Below are positions 9,268-18,382 of a stretch of DNA of 64,000 nt, in pieces (the first letter of the stretch is position 1; each line of letters begins with the position of its first letter). Source of the DNA: Nitrospirota bacterium (GTDB lineage: Bacteria; Nitrospirota; Nitrospiria; 2-01-FULL-66-17); the NCBI GenBank assembly GCA_049325295.1, contig JBMOMD010000021.1, positions 87,560 through 151,559 of the forward strand, written 5' to 3'. The notes under the pieces are model-generated. The model searched no databases. It worked only from the letters and a program-made list of their open reading frames with translations, and was not told the DNA's origin. A program made the position numbers and the translations under genes.

Positions 9268-12143
9268 ACGCCGGCGAGCACGGCCGCGCAGCGCCCGCAC
9301 ACGTCCGCGCGGCGCTGGTCCGCCCCCACGTCCGTGCGGTACGCCCAGCACCGCGCGCATTTGGCGCCGGGCGCGCGCTCGACCACGACCGCAAGGTCCG
9401 GCGCGAGCGTCTCGGCGTGGCCGGGCCGTTGGTCGAACCCGTTGAGCGCGACGTCGGACACGATCAACAGCGAGGGGAGTTCGTTGCGGTCTTTCGCGAG
9501 CGCGTCGCGCAAGGGCCCCGCGGCATACATTGCCACGCGGGCGTCCAACGACGCCCCGATGGTTTTGGCCGCCCGCGCGCGTTCCAAGGCTTTGGCGACG
9601 TGCGAGCGGGCCTCGAACAAACGCTCCCAGTGGGCCGAGGCGTCCGCGGGCAGCGCCCAGGTTCCCGGCGGCGAGGGGAACTCGCTCAGGTGCACGCTCG
9701 ATATGGTGCGCGAGCCTTCGGGCAGGTGCGTCCAGATGTCTTCCGCGGTGAACGAGAGAATCGGGGCCATCAAGCGAACGAGGGCGGAGAGAATCGATTC
9801 CAACGTCGTTTGCGCGGCGCGGCGAGCCGGACCGGTTTTCGCCTCCGTGTACAACCGGTCTTTGAGGATGTCGAGGTACATCGCGCTCAAATCCACGGCG
9901 CAGAAGTTGTTCACGGCGTGAAACACCGCGTGAAATTCGTAGGCGTCGTACGCCTCCCGAACCCGCATGATCAAGGCCGCGAGCCGGTGCAAGGCCCACC
10001 GATCGATCGGCTGCAGACGTTCGAGTGGGACCGCGTCGCGCCGCGGATCAAAATCCGCCACGTTGGCGAGCAGAAAGCGGGCGGTGTTGCGGATTTTGCG
10101 GTACGCCTCCACGAGCTGGCTCATGATCGCGGGCGAAATCCGGATGTCGTCCCGGTAGTCCTCCGCCGCGACCCACAGCCGCAACAGCTCCGCGCCGTGT
10201 TGCTTGATGATTTCCTGCGGGGCCATCACGTTGCCCGCGGACTTGGACATTTTTTTGCCCTGGCCGTCCACCACGAATCCGTGGGTCAGCACCGCGTCGT
10301 AGGGCGCGCGCGGGTCCGTGAGCAACGACGTCAACAATGTACTGTGAAACCAACCGCGATGTTGGTCCGACCCTTCCAAGTACAACGCCGCGGGCCACGC
10401 CAACTCCGGCCGGCGCTTGAGTACCGCGGCGTGGCTCACGCCCGATTCAAACCACACGTCCAGGATGTCACGTTCTTGCTGGAAGCGACGGCCGCCGCAT
10501 TTGGTGCAGACGGTTCCGGGCGGCAACAACTCGTCCGCGGATTTTGAAAACCAGATGTCGCTGCCCTCACCACGCTCCATCTGGTCCGCCACGTGGTCCG
10601 CAATCGGTTTGCTAACGAGTGACGACCCGCAATCCTGACAGGCAAAGGCCACGATCGGCACGCCCCAGACCCGCTGCCGTGAGATGCACCAGTCGGGCCG
10701 GTTCGTCATCATGCCCACGATGCGCTCGCGTCCCCAGCGGGGCACCCAGGTCACCCGATCGATCTCGGTAAGCGCGCGTTGTCGCAGCGTGGCGCCGGTA
10801 CGATCCGGCTGATCCATGGCAATAAACCACTGCTCGGTCGCGCGGAAAATCACCGGATTTTTACACCGCCAACAGTGGGGATACGAGTGTCCGATGGTGG
10901 AGGCGTGCACGAGTCGTCCGCGAGATCGGAGCAGTTCGATGATCGCGGGGTTGGCGTCGAGCACGCGCTGGCCCGCGAACGGCCCCGCGTCGTTGGTAAA
11001 GCGGCCCCGGTTGTCCACGGGCGCGTACACGTCCAACCCGTACTCCATACCGACCACGTAGTCTTCTTGCCCGTGGCCGGGCGCGGTGTGGACGCACCCC
11101 GTGCCCTGCTCCAGGGTGACGTGCGTGCCGAGCACGATCGGCGAGGGTTGGTCAAGCCACGGATGGTTAAACACCCATCCCTTGAGCGCCGCGCCCTTGA
11201 ACTTGGCCACGGTGGTGATGGCCGGCTGCGCGTCGAGCCCGGTCTGTTTGGCGAAGGTCGAATAGAGATCCTGCGCTACGATGAAGGCCTCGCGTCCCGC
11301 AACGCAGACCACGTACTCGAAGTCCGGATGGAGACACACGGCTTTGTTCGCAACCAAGGTCCACGGCGTCGTGGTCCAAATCACGATCGACAAATCTTTC
11401 CCGTGGAGCGACTGGGCCGCGGCCGGCTGATTCGCGCCCAATGCCGTCACGATATCAGATAGGCGTTCGGTGTCGCGTCCGCGCAGCGGAAACCTGACGT
11501 AGATCGACGGCGAGGTGTGATCGGCGTACTCCACTTCGGCTTCGGCGAGCGCGGTCTCGTCTTGCGGGCACCACAACACGGGTTTCTTGCCTTTGTAGAC
11601 CGTGCCGGTGTCCACGATTTTGCCGAATTCGCGGACGATCGCGGCTTCATAATCCGGGGTCATGGTCAGATAGGGGTGACCCCAATCGCCCAACCCGCCG
11701 AGGCGCTTGAACTCCTCGCGCTGGATGTCCACGAACCGCTCCGCGTACTCGCGGCAGCGACGGCGGATCTCCAACACGCTCATCCCCGTTTTTTTCGGGC
11801 CGAGATCCTTGAGGACCTGGTGTTCGATCGGCAATCCGTGACAGTCCCACCCCGGGATGTACGGGGCGTCGTCGCCGCGCATGGTGCGGTATTTGACGAT
11901 CACGTCCTTGAGAATCTTGTTGAGCGCGTGGCCGATGTGGATGTGGCCGTTCGCGTAGGGCGGACCGTCGTGGAGGATGAATTTCTTCGCGCCGCGACGT
12001 TTCGCGCGCAGCGACGCGTAGAGCCCGTCCGCGTCCCAACGGGCCAGCAGCGCGGGCTCCTGCCGCGCCAGATCGGCCTTCATGGGGAACGACGTGGTCG
12101 GCAGATTGAGGGTGTCGCGATAGGTTTTGGAAGAATCGGCCAT
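9264..12143 (-). CDS. ileS: Isoleucyl-tRNA synthetase
   Basis: 959 aa with the HIGH motif 'PYANGHIHIGHA', 'KMSKS' and a C-terminal zinc-finger CxxC pair. Confidence 0.95.
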   Translation of the reverse strand: MADSSKTYRDTLNLPTTSFPMKADLARQEPALLARWDADGLYASLRAKRRGAKKFILHDGPPYANGHIHIGHALNKILKDVIVKYRTMRGDDAPYIPGWDCHGLPIEHQVLKDLGPKKTGMSVLEIRRRCREYAERFVDIQREEFKRLGGLGDWGHPYLTMTPDYEAAIVREFGKIVDTGTVYKGKKPVLWCPQDETALAEAEVEYADHTSPSIYVRFPLRGRDTERLSDIVTALGANQPAAAQSLHGKDLSIVIWTTTPWTLVANKAVCLHPDFEYVVCVAGREAFIVAQDLYSTFAKQTGLDAQPAITTVAKFKGAALKGWVFNHPWLDQPSPIVLGTHVTLEQGTGCVHTAPGHGQEDYVVGMEYGLDVYAPVDNRGRFTNDAGPFAGQRVLDANPAIIELLRSRGRLVHASTIGHSYPHCWRCKNPVIFRATEQWFIAMDQPDRTGATLRQRALTEIDRVTWVPRWGRERIVGMMTNRPDWCISRQRVWGVPIVAFACQDCGSSLVSKPIADHVADQMERGEGSDIWFSKSADELLPPGTVCTKCGGRRFQQERDILDVWFESGVSHAAVLKRRPELAWPAALYLEGSDQHRGWFHSTLLTSLLTDPRAPYDAVLTHGFVVDGQGKKMSKSAGNVMAPQEIIKQHGAELLRLWVAAEDYRDDIRISPAIMSQLVEAYRKIRNTARFLLANVADFDPRRDAVPLERLQPIDRWALHRLAALIMRVREAYDAYEFHAVFHAVNNFCAVDLSAMYLDILKDRLYTEAKTGPARRAAQTTLESILSALVRLMAPILSFTAEDIWTHLPEGSRTISSVHLSEFPSPPGTWALPADASAHWERLFEARSHVAKALERARAAKTIGASLDARVAMYAAGPLRDALAKDRNELPSLLIVSDVALNGFDQRPGHAETLAPDLAVVVERAPGAKCARCWAYRTDVGADQRRADVCGRCAAVLAGV

Positions 12144-12176
12144 TCGGGCGATCCTAGCAAGCGCCGTGAAGGCGTG

Positions 12177-12917
12177 TCAACGCGAGCGCAGCCGGGAGGG
12201 CCACGGCGGGATGGCGCCGCGCGCGACTTGTTGTTGCGCTTCCTGGTAACGCTCGGGGGTGCCGATGTCGATCCAAACGGCTTCGGTGAGATGGCCTCGC
12301 AACGGTTCGCCGCGCTCCACGATGGCGATGTATTCGTCGGTGATCGGGGAAAACTGGTCCGCCGGGATCGCCGCGAGCACGTGCGGATCGAGCACGTGGA
12401 TGCCGGTGAACATCACGTCCTCCAAGGACTCGCCGGCGACGCCGCGACCCAGGAAGCGGCGAATCCGGCCCTCGGCGTCGACGCCCAACGCGCCATAGGT
12501 TGCGGCGGCCGGGTCCCGCCGCACCGCGAGCGTGGCCAGCGGGCGATGGGCGGCGTGCGCTCGAATCAGGTCATTCGGGTCGAACGCGGTCAACACGTCG
12601 GCGTTGACGATCAAGAACGGCTCGTCCTTGAAGAACCCCTCCACGCGTTTGAGTCCCCCGCCGGTGCCCAGGATGACGGGTTCCTCCGAATAAGAGATCG
12701 TCATGCCGAGGCGCTCGCCGGTGCCCAAGGCCTCGCGGATCAACTCGCCCTTGTGGTGCAGGTTGATCATCACGTCGCGGATGCCCGCCGCCGCGACCCA
12801 TCCCAGAGTAAATTCGATCATGGGCCGGCCCGCGATGGGGAGCAGGGGCTTGGGCAGCCGGTCGGTCAGGGGACGGAGCCGTGTCCCCAAACCGGCCGCC
12901 AAAATCATGGCCTTCAC
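12177..12917 (-). CDS. murU: Sugar-1-phosphate nucleotidyltransferase, MurU-like (MurNAc-alpha-1-P uridylyltransferase)
   Basis: 'MKAMILAAGLGTRLRPLTDRLPKPLLPIAG' nucleotidyltransferase motif. It shows a 4-nt overlap with the upstream kinase, the conserved amgK-murU arrangement. Confidence 0.7.
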   Translation of the reverse strand: MKAMILAAGLGTRLRPLTDRLPKPLLPIAGRPMIEFTLGWVAAAGIRDVMINLHHKGELIREALGTGERLGMTISYSEEPVILGTGGGLKRVEGFFKDEPFLIVNADVLTAFDPNDLIRAHAAHRPLATLAVRRDPAAATYGALGVDAEGRIRRFLGRGVAGESLEDVMFTGIHVLDPHVLAAIPADQFSPITDEYIAIVERGEPLRGHLTEAVWIDIGTPERYQEAQQQVARGAIPPWPSRLRSR

Positions 12918-14047
12918 GTGAACTCGGGGACGTACGGAGCGAGCAGGCCCCGCAACTCCGCCAGGTCCGGGTATCGGTCGAGCACCCGTCGGGCCGAGTG
13001 TAGGGTCGGCGTGACGTACGGCAGATGCGTAGGCCGCCCTTTGACCTTCTCGATGTAGATGAACCGGCCCGCGGCTTTGAGGTTGCGCTGAAATCCGGTG
13101 AGGTCGAACAGGCGGTGAAACGCCGACGCCTCGGGTCGCGGACCCGGAGCCGAAGCGAGATAATAATCGATCAAGCGCTCGACCAGGGCGTGGTCGAGCG
13201 TGACGTAGGAATCACGCAGCAACGAGGCCAGGTCGTAGGTGCGCGGGCCCATGAGCGCGTCTTGAAAGTCGATGACGCGAAGCCGATCGCCGGTCACCAT
13301 CAGGTTGCGGCTGTGGTAGTCGCGGTGGACGAACACCGCGGGCGCGGCGGCCAACTCGTCGGCGACGCGGGCGAACGCCCGACGGATGGCGTCGCGCGGC
13401 GCGGCCGGAACCGGGACGCCGCGGCGGGCTTCCATGCCGTATTCGAGAAAATGATCGAGTTCCCACGCGAGCAGCGCGCGGTCGAATCGTCGCGCGAACG
13501 CCACGCAGCGGTTGGGCGCGGCGTCCGGGTCCGGCGCTTGGATGCGCGCAAGCTCGTCGATCGCCAGGCGATACAGAGCTTCAACGCGCTCCGGCGCGGC
13601 GCCGGCCAGGGCGTCGAACATGGTGCAGTCGCCCAGATCTTCGAGCACGAGACGGCCGGCCGCGGCATCATACGCGTGGACCGTAGGCACCGCGACGCCG
13701 CGGCCGCTCAGGTAGCGTTGGATATTCAGAAACGGCAGCTCGGTGACGGCCGCGTCGCCGCCGGATACCGCTTCTTCGGATCGCTTGAACGCTTCGGGCT
13801 CGGCCAACTCCATCAACACCAGGGTGGTCGGCTTCGCGTCCGGGGTCAGCCGAATCCTCGCATAGGTTCGGTTCGACGCGTCGCCCTTGAGTCGCTCGAC
13901 CGCGGTGATCCGACCGGAAAGTCCGCCGATCTTCAGCAACGCGGTCAACTCCTCGATCGACGGGTCGCGACGCGTGGAAGGTGAGGGAGCCTGGGGCGAC
14001 GTAAGCATCAGGACGGGCATTCTGCCATGTGGCTCACCCGGTGTCAA
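12914..14047 (-). CDS. amgK: Aminoglycoside-phosphotransferase-fold sugar kinase, AmgK-like
   Basis: Brenner motif 'HRDYHSRNLMV' and 'IDFQDA'. Paired with murU. The start is uncertain (alternative ATG at 14020). Confidence 0.6.
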   Translation of the reverse strand: MTPGEPHGRMPVLMLTSPQAPSPSTRRDPSIEELTALLKIGGLSGRITAVERLKGDASNRTYARIRLTPDAKPTTLVLMELAEPEAFKRSEEAVSGGDAAVTELPFLNIQRYLSGRGVAVPTVHAYDAAAGRLVLEDLGDCTMFDALAGAAPERVEALYRLAIDELARIQAPDPDAAPNRCVAFARRFDRALLAWELDHFLEYGMEARRGVPVPAAPRDAIRRAFARVADELAAAPAVFVHRDYHSRNLMVTGDRLRVIDFQDALMGPRTYDLASLLRDSYVTLDHALVERLIDYYLASAPGPRPEASAFHRLFDLTGFQRNLKAAGRFIYIEKVKGRPTHLPYVTPTLHSARRVLDRYPDLAELRGLLAPYVPEFT

Positions 14048-14220
14048 AGTCGTTCCCCGTCACAACGGGATAATCCCGCGTTGGAGGGCACAGTGTTGTG
14101 GCATTGGCGCCACGACTGTGATGTTTTCCACGCACCGGATCGTTTTTAAGGGGCAAATTCCGAGTGCTCGCCGGAGGCATATCCTTTGCTTTAATGCAGC
14201 CACCACAGGGAGGAGTGACC

Positions 14221-15126
14221 GTGACCAAGGCCGGTGTGTGGCAGCAAACCATTCAACATCCCGTACGGTGTGAAGGCGTGGGCCTCCATTCCGGGCAGCC
14301 GGTGTCGGTGTGGCTGCATCCGGCCGACCCCGATACCGGGATCAGGTTTGTGAAGAAAACCGCAACGGGTGATACGTGGCTGCACGCCAGCATCGATGAG
14401 GTCTCGCAGACCCGCCTGGCCACGAGTCTGGGGCAGGGCGAATCGATCGTGCATACGGTGGAACACCTGCTCGCCGCGATCAGCGGGATGGGGGTCGACA
14501 ATATCGTCGTGGAAGTGACCGCGTCCGAGATTCCGATCATGGACGGCAGCGCCAAACCGTTCGTTGAGGCGATCGTTGAGGCCGGGATTGTGAGGCAGTC
14601 CGCGGCGCGGTCCGTGATGGTCATCACGAAGGCGTTCGAGGTGCGGGACGGCGACGGCTGGATCGCGGCCAAGCCGTCTTCGCGGCTGGAAATCCACAAC
14701 ACCGTTGAGTACGATCACGCCGCGATCGGACGGCAGGTCTTCGCGTATCAGGACAACGGACCGGCGGACTTCGCCGCGACATTGGCCCCCGCGAGGACCT
14801 TTGGGTTCCTGCGCGACGTGGAACACTTGAAGGCGGCGGGATATATTCTCGGCGGAAGTCTGGCCAATGCCGTGGTCGTGGGACCGTCCGGCGTCCTCAA
14901 TCCGGAAGGTCTCCGATGGTCCGATGAATTCGTTCGCCACAAAACCCTGGATTTGGTGGGAGACCTGATGCTGCTGGGCACCGCGCTGCGTGGCCGGATT
15001 ACGGCCTACAAAGCGGGCCACCGATTACACGCTCAATTTATGAGTTTTTTGACGGCTCACCCGGAATACCGACAGATGGTGAGCGCGGAGCAGGGCGCGT
15101 TCGAACCGGCCGGAGCTCTATCGTAA
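14221..15126 (+). CDS. lpxC: UDP-3-O-acyl-N-acetylglucosamine deacetylase
   Basis: 'GVGLHSGQPVSVWLHPADPDTGIRF' and 'TVEHLLAA', with 'HKTLDLVGD'. The GTG at 14221 lies 7 nt after GGAGG, and the ORF is open from 14164. Confidence 0.9.
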   Translation: MTKAGVWQQTIQHPVRCEGVGLHSGQPVSVWLHPADPDTGIRFVKKTATGDTWLHASIDEVSQTRLATSLGQGESIVHTVEHLLAAISGMGVDNIVVEVTASEIPIMDGSAKPFVEAIVEAGIVRQSAARSVMVITKAFEVRDGDGWIAAKPSSRLEIHNTVEYDHAAIGRQVFAYQDNGPADFAATLAPARTFGFLRDVEHLKAAGYILGGSLANAVVVGPSGVLNPEGLRWSDEFVRHKTLDLVGDLMLLGTALRGRITAYKAGHRLHAQFMSFLTAHPEYRQMVSAEQGAFEPAGALS

Positions 15127-15198
15127 TTTTCTGAGGGGATATATAATCGTCGCTTTTTGGGGTGGTATCGCGACGAAACAAATGCGGTCGTGTAGCCC

Positions 15199-15224
15199 GG
15201 GGGCTCCTCAGTCGAGGAGCCCCC
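15199..15224. terminator. Perfect GC-rich hairpin between convergent lpxC and the HARE-HTH gene
   Basis: GGGGGCTCCTC-agtc-GAGGAGCCCCC: 11-bp perfect stem (12 bp with the flanking C-G). The T tract is weak. Confidence 0.5.
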
Positions 15225-15298
15225 GATCGCTTTAACGCCTCAGCTTATTTCTTCTTCGCAGCCTTCTTCTTCGCCGGTTTCTTCGTCGCCAAGAGTCA

Positions 15299-15829
15299 TC
15301 ACCCCCTTTCGCGATCGCCCTCTACCGGGGCTAAATTTGCGTCAGGCGCCAACTCAAAGGTATTCGGCGCCACCTTCCGGAATCGCCGGTCCCTCCGGAG
15401 CGAAATCGCGATCGATGTGATCGGAGTTTTCGCTCGAATCCTCATGCCCCCCTCCACCAACCGTTGGTAGAGCTCCCGCGCGTGCATGGGCGTTCCCGAT
15501 TCCTTGAGCAGCAGTGCGGCGGCTTGTGGCACACTCAGACCAAAGTACTTGGTTTTCCCCAGCAAAATTTCTTGGGATTGATCCGGTACATCGAGCACGC
15601 CGCGGTGTTTCTCGCGCTCGGCGTCGGTTGACGGAGGGGCCCCGGTTCCCGCAACCCGTGCCTTTTCCTGTTCAACACGATAGAGTGTCTCCGCCAGCTC
15701 CAGATACTTTTTGATGGTTTTGATGTCTTCTTCTAAGCGTTCGCGTTTTTTCTGGAGCTCGTGAAGCTTTGTCTTATAGGCCTTAATGCGCTGGTCAAGG
15801 CCACCGAGGATGTCCTGGAGTTCTTCCAT
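15299..15829 (-). CDS. Coiled-coil protein with a C-terminal HARE-HTH-like winged helix
   Basis: Heptad-rich N-terminus ('LHELQKKRERLEEDIKTIKKYLELAE'). The C-terminus 'LSVPQAAALLLKESGTPMHARELYQRL...RRDRRFRKVAPNTFELA' matches the HARE-HTH pattern by eye. GC is lower than in neighbouring genes. Confidence 0.6.
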   Translation of the reverse strand: MEELQDILGGLDQRIKAYKTKLHELQKKRERLEEDIKTIKKYLELAETLYRVEQEKARVAGTGAPPSTDAEREKHRGVLDVPDQSQEILLGKTKYFGLSVPQAAALLLKESGTPMHARELYQRLVEGGMRIRAKTPITSIAISLRRDRRFRKVAPNTFELAPDANLAPVEGDRERG

Positions 15830-16003
15830 AATGAAAGACCTGTATCATAGCGTCATATCGTAGCATGCAATTGATTATAGCATGCATGCACAACATAGCA
15901 CCTGATGATGCTTGCTGTCAAGAATAAAAATATAAATCTGTATGAAGTCGAATATGGTATGTCATTATATGTAGCAACTGATGCTCCATGCCATGGAGGG
16001 AAT
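15830..16003. promoter_or_regulatory. AT-rich divergent control region
   Basis: About 38% GC in a ~65% GC genome. A direct repeat TAGCATGCA occurs at 15861-15869 and 15878-15886 (17-nt register). GGAGGG precedes the 16004 ATG. Confidence 0.4.
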
Positions 16004-18382
16004 ATGGGGAATGCTTTCAGGCTCTCTCTTTCGGTGGCGAAATCCGCATCAATATATAGGCAGTCCCGCTGGATCCTAATGGCCGCGCTCTGGGGTATGG
16101 TTGTGGCCGGCTGCCAAACGCAAGGCCGCAACGACGGGGGAATTCCCACACCCACCATCGGAACGCTTCCAACCACGACTCATCAGGCCCAAATTACGCT
16201 CGTGGGGGAGAAATTCGCTGGAACCGGGATTTTCGTCGACGGCAGAGAACTTGTACCACGCGACGATGCGCCCCTGTGGGCGGGCATGGTCGATCTCCAG
16301 GAAGGCCTCAACACCTTTGAAGTCGATGCGATGGACGAGCAAGGCGACATCAGCGATCCACTGACCGTCACTATCACGCTCGACACTGCGGCACCAGTCG
16401 CTCCGACGGTTGATCCGACGGTCCCATCGTCGACGTCAGTCAACCCGGTGTCCTTGTCGGGAACCAAGGAACCCGGGACATTTATCCGACTTAACGGACG
16501 GCGGATTTCCGCGTTAGACGACGACACCACCTGGGAGTACCAGGCGACCCTCTTGTCCGGGAGTAATGATCTCAGACTGACCGCGGTGGATGAAGCCGGT
16601 AACGAAAGCCCTCCGGTCGACGCCACAATCACCTTGACGAGCGCGTGCGCCGCGCCGCCGCACCCCGTGTTTCCGCTCGACGGAGACGCGGTCACATGGG
16701 GGACGCCGTTTTCGTGGACGCAGCAGGTGTCGTCCGCCTCGTACGTGTTCGAGTTTTCGGCGAACCCGGCGTTTACCCCATTATTGGTGGACGATCCCGT
16801 TGTGTCGTCGCCGTGGACACCGGACAGGGTATCGCCCGGCAACGCTACGTATTTCTGGCGCGTCGGAGCGGTGAATGGGTGCGGCACGTCATACGGCGAG
16901 ACGCGTCGCGTGGTCATCGGTTCCACGACGGGCGACATTTCCGGCGACGGGATTGCGGACGTGTTGCTTGGGGCCAACACCGACAATCGCGCGGACGAAG
17001 ATGCCGGGGCGGTGTACTGGCACAAAGGAGTGGCGGTTGCGGACACGGTGATCGACGGGGTTTTGACCGGGCGACAGCGGGCGGCGACGTTTGGATCGTC
17101 GATCGCCAAGGTCGGTGACATTGATCGAGACGGATACGTCGATTTTTTGATCGGCGCGCCCCGCGAGGACCGTGATCCCAACAATGATGACGATACCGGA
17201 GCCGCCTATCTCTATTGGGGCGGCCCAACGCTCGATCCCACGGCGGTCGTGATATTTCAGGGTGAAGAGCCTCGCTCGTACTTCGGAATGTCGGTGGCGG
17301 GTGTTGGCGACGTCAACGGCGACGGTTATTCGGATATCGCCGTCGGCGCATATCAAACGGACGTGATGACGACATGTAATGGCGCAAAAACGCGGCTGCC
17401 CATTGTCGGGCGAGTGTACGTGTACTTTGGCGGGCCGCGCGATCAGGTGGACGCGCGCCCGGACGCGGTGTTGACCGGGGAGACCACGGAGACGCCGAAT
17501 GATCCGGCCAGTGCGTGCCGCCCCGGCGATGAATTCGGATTCGCGGTCTCCGGCGCCGGCGATGTGAACGGGGATGGCTACGACGACGTGGCGATCGGGG
17601 CCCGCGGATTTGACGCAGTCCTCACCGCGTCGGCGGACGACAATACCGGAAGAGCATACGTCTTCTTCGGTGGACCATGGTTCGTGGGCGTGGGCGCCGA
17701 GCATGCGGACGTGGTGTTGACCGGCGCGGCCGCCGGCGACCAGTTTGGATCGGCGGTTGCCATGGCCGGAGACGTCAATGGCGACGGGTTTTCTGAAATC
17801 CTGGTCGGGGTCCAGAAGAGTGACTCGGGCGGGCTCGATTCAGGCGCCGCGGCGCTGTACTACGGGCGAGACGGCTGGGGATCCGCGGTGCCGGTGCAAT
17901 TCAGTGGCACGGCGGCGGGAGACGCGTTTGGCGCGGCGGTTGCTTCCGCTGGAGACACGAACGGCGACGGATTTGCCGACTTCGTGGTCGGCGCGTATTT
18001 GGCGGGCCCCGACGATAACGGCGCCGCGGCGTTCTTCTTGGGGAATTCCGGGTCAACACCGACGGCTGCGGGGACGATTACTGGTGAGCCCGACCCAGAC
18101 GACCCGAACCCAGGTGTCGTGGACGAAGGATTCGTCGGTTACCAGTTCGGAGTGGGACTGGCGGGCGCGGGCGATTTCGATGGCGACGGCAATGCCGACG
18201 TCGTGGTCGGCGCTCCGTTCTACGATCTGTGCACGGGACTGAGTCCGGTGTGCGACAACGCCGGGCGAGCCTATGTCATCATGGGTCCCACCATCGGCAA
18301 TCGGGTCGTCGCGTCGATCCCTTCGGACCGGCCGTTCACCGGAGCCGCCGTCGGCGACGGGTTGGGGACGGCCGTCGACTAA
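16004..18382 (+). CDS. Large secreted lipoprotein with Ig-like N-terminal repeats and multiple FG-GAP (integrin-alpha-like beta-propeller) repeats
   Basis: Lipobox 'VVAGC'. It has repeated 'GDVNGDGYxDxxVGA' / 'FGxAV' FG-GAP units (at least 7). The ORF is open from 15905, and the ATG at 16004 has the best SD. Confidence 0.75.
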   Translation: MGNAFRLSLSVAKSASIYRQSRWILMAALWGMVVAGCQTQGRNDGGIPTPTIGTLPTTTHQAQITLVGEKFAGTGIFVDGRELVPRDDAPLWAGMVDLQEGLNTFEVDAMDEQGDISDPLTVTITLDTAAPVAPTVDPTVPSSTSVNPVSLSGTKEPGTFIRLNGRRISALDDDTTWEYQATLLSGSNDLRLTAVDEAGNESPPVDATITLTSACAAPPHPVFPLDGDAVTWGTPFSWTQQVSSASYVFEFSANPAFTPLLVDDPVVSSPWTPDRVSPGNATYFWRVGAVNGCGTSYGETRRVVIGSTTGDISGDGIADVLLGANTDNRADEDAGAVYWHKGVAVADTVIDGVLTGRQRAATFGSSIAKVGDIDRDGYVDFLIGAPREDRDPNNDDDTGAAYLYWGGPTLDPTAVVIFQGEEPRSYFGMSVAGVGDVNGDGYSDIAVGAYQTDVMTTCNGAKTRLPIVGRVYVYFGGPRDQVDARPDAVLTGETTETPNDPASACRPGDEFGFAVSGAGDVNGDGYDDVAIGARGFDAVLTASADDNTGRAYVFFGGPWFVGVGAEHADVVLTGAAAGDQFGSAVAMAGDVNGDGFSEILVGVQKSDSGGLDSGAAALYYGRDGWGSAVPVQFSGTAAGDAFGAAVASAGDTNGDGFADFVVGAYLAGPDDNGAAAFFLGNSGSTPTAAGTITGEPDPDDPNPGVVDEGFVGYQFGVGLAGAGDFDGDGNADVVVGAPFYDLCTGLSPVCDNAGRAYVIMGPTIGNRVVASIPSDRPFTGAAVGDGLGTAVD

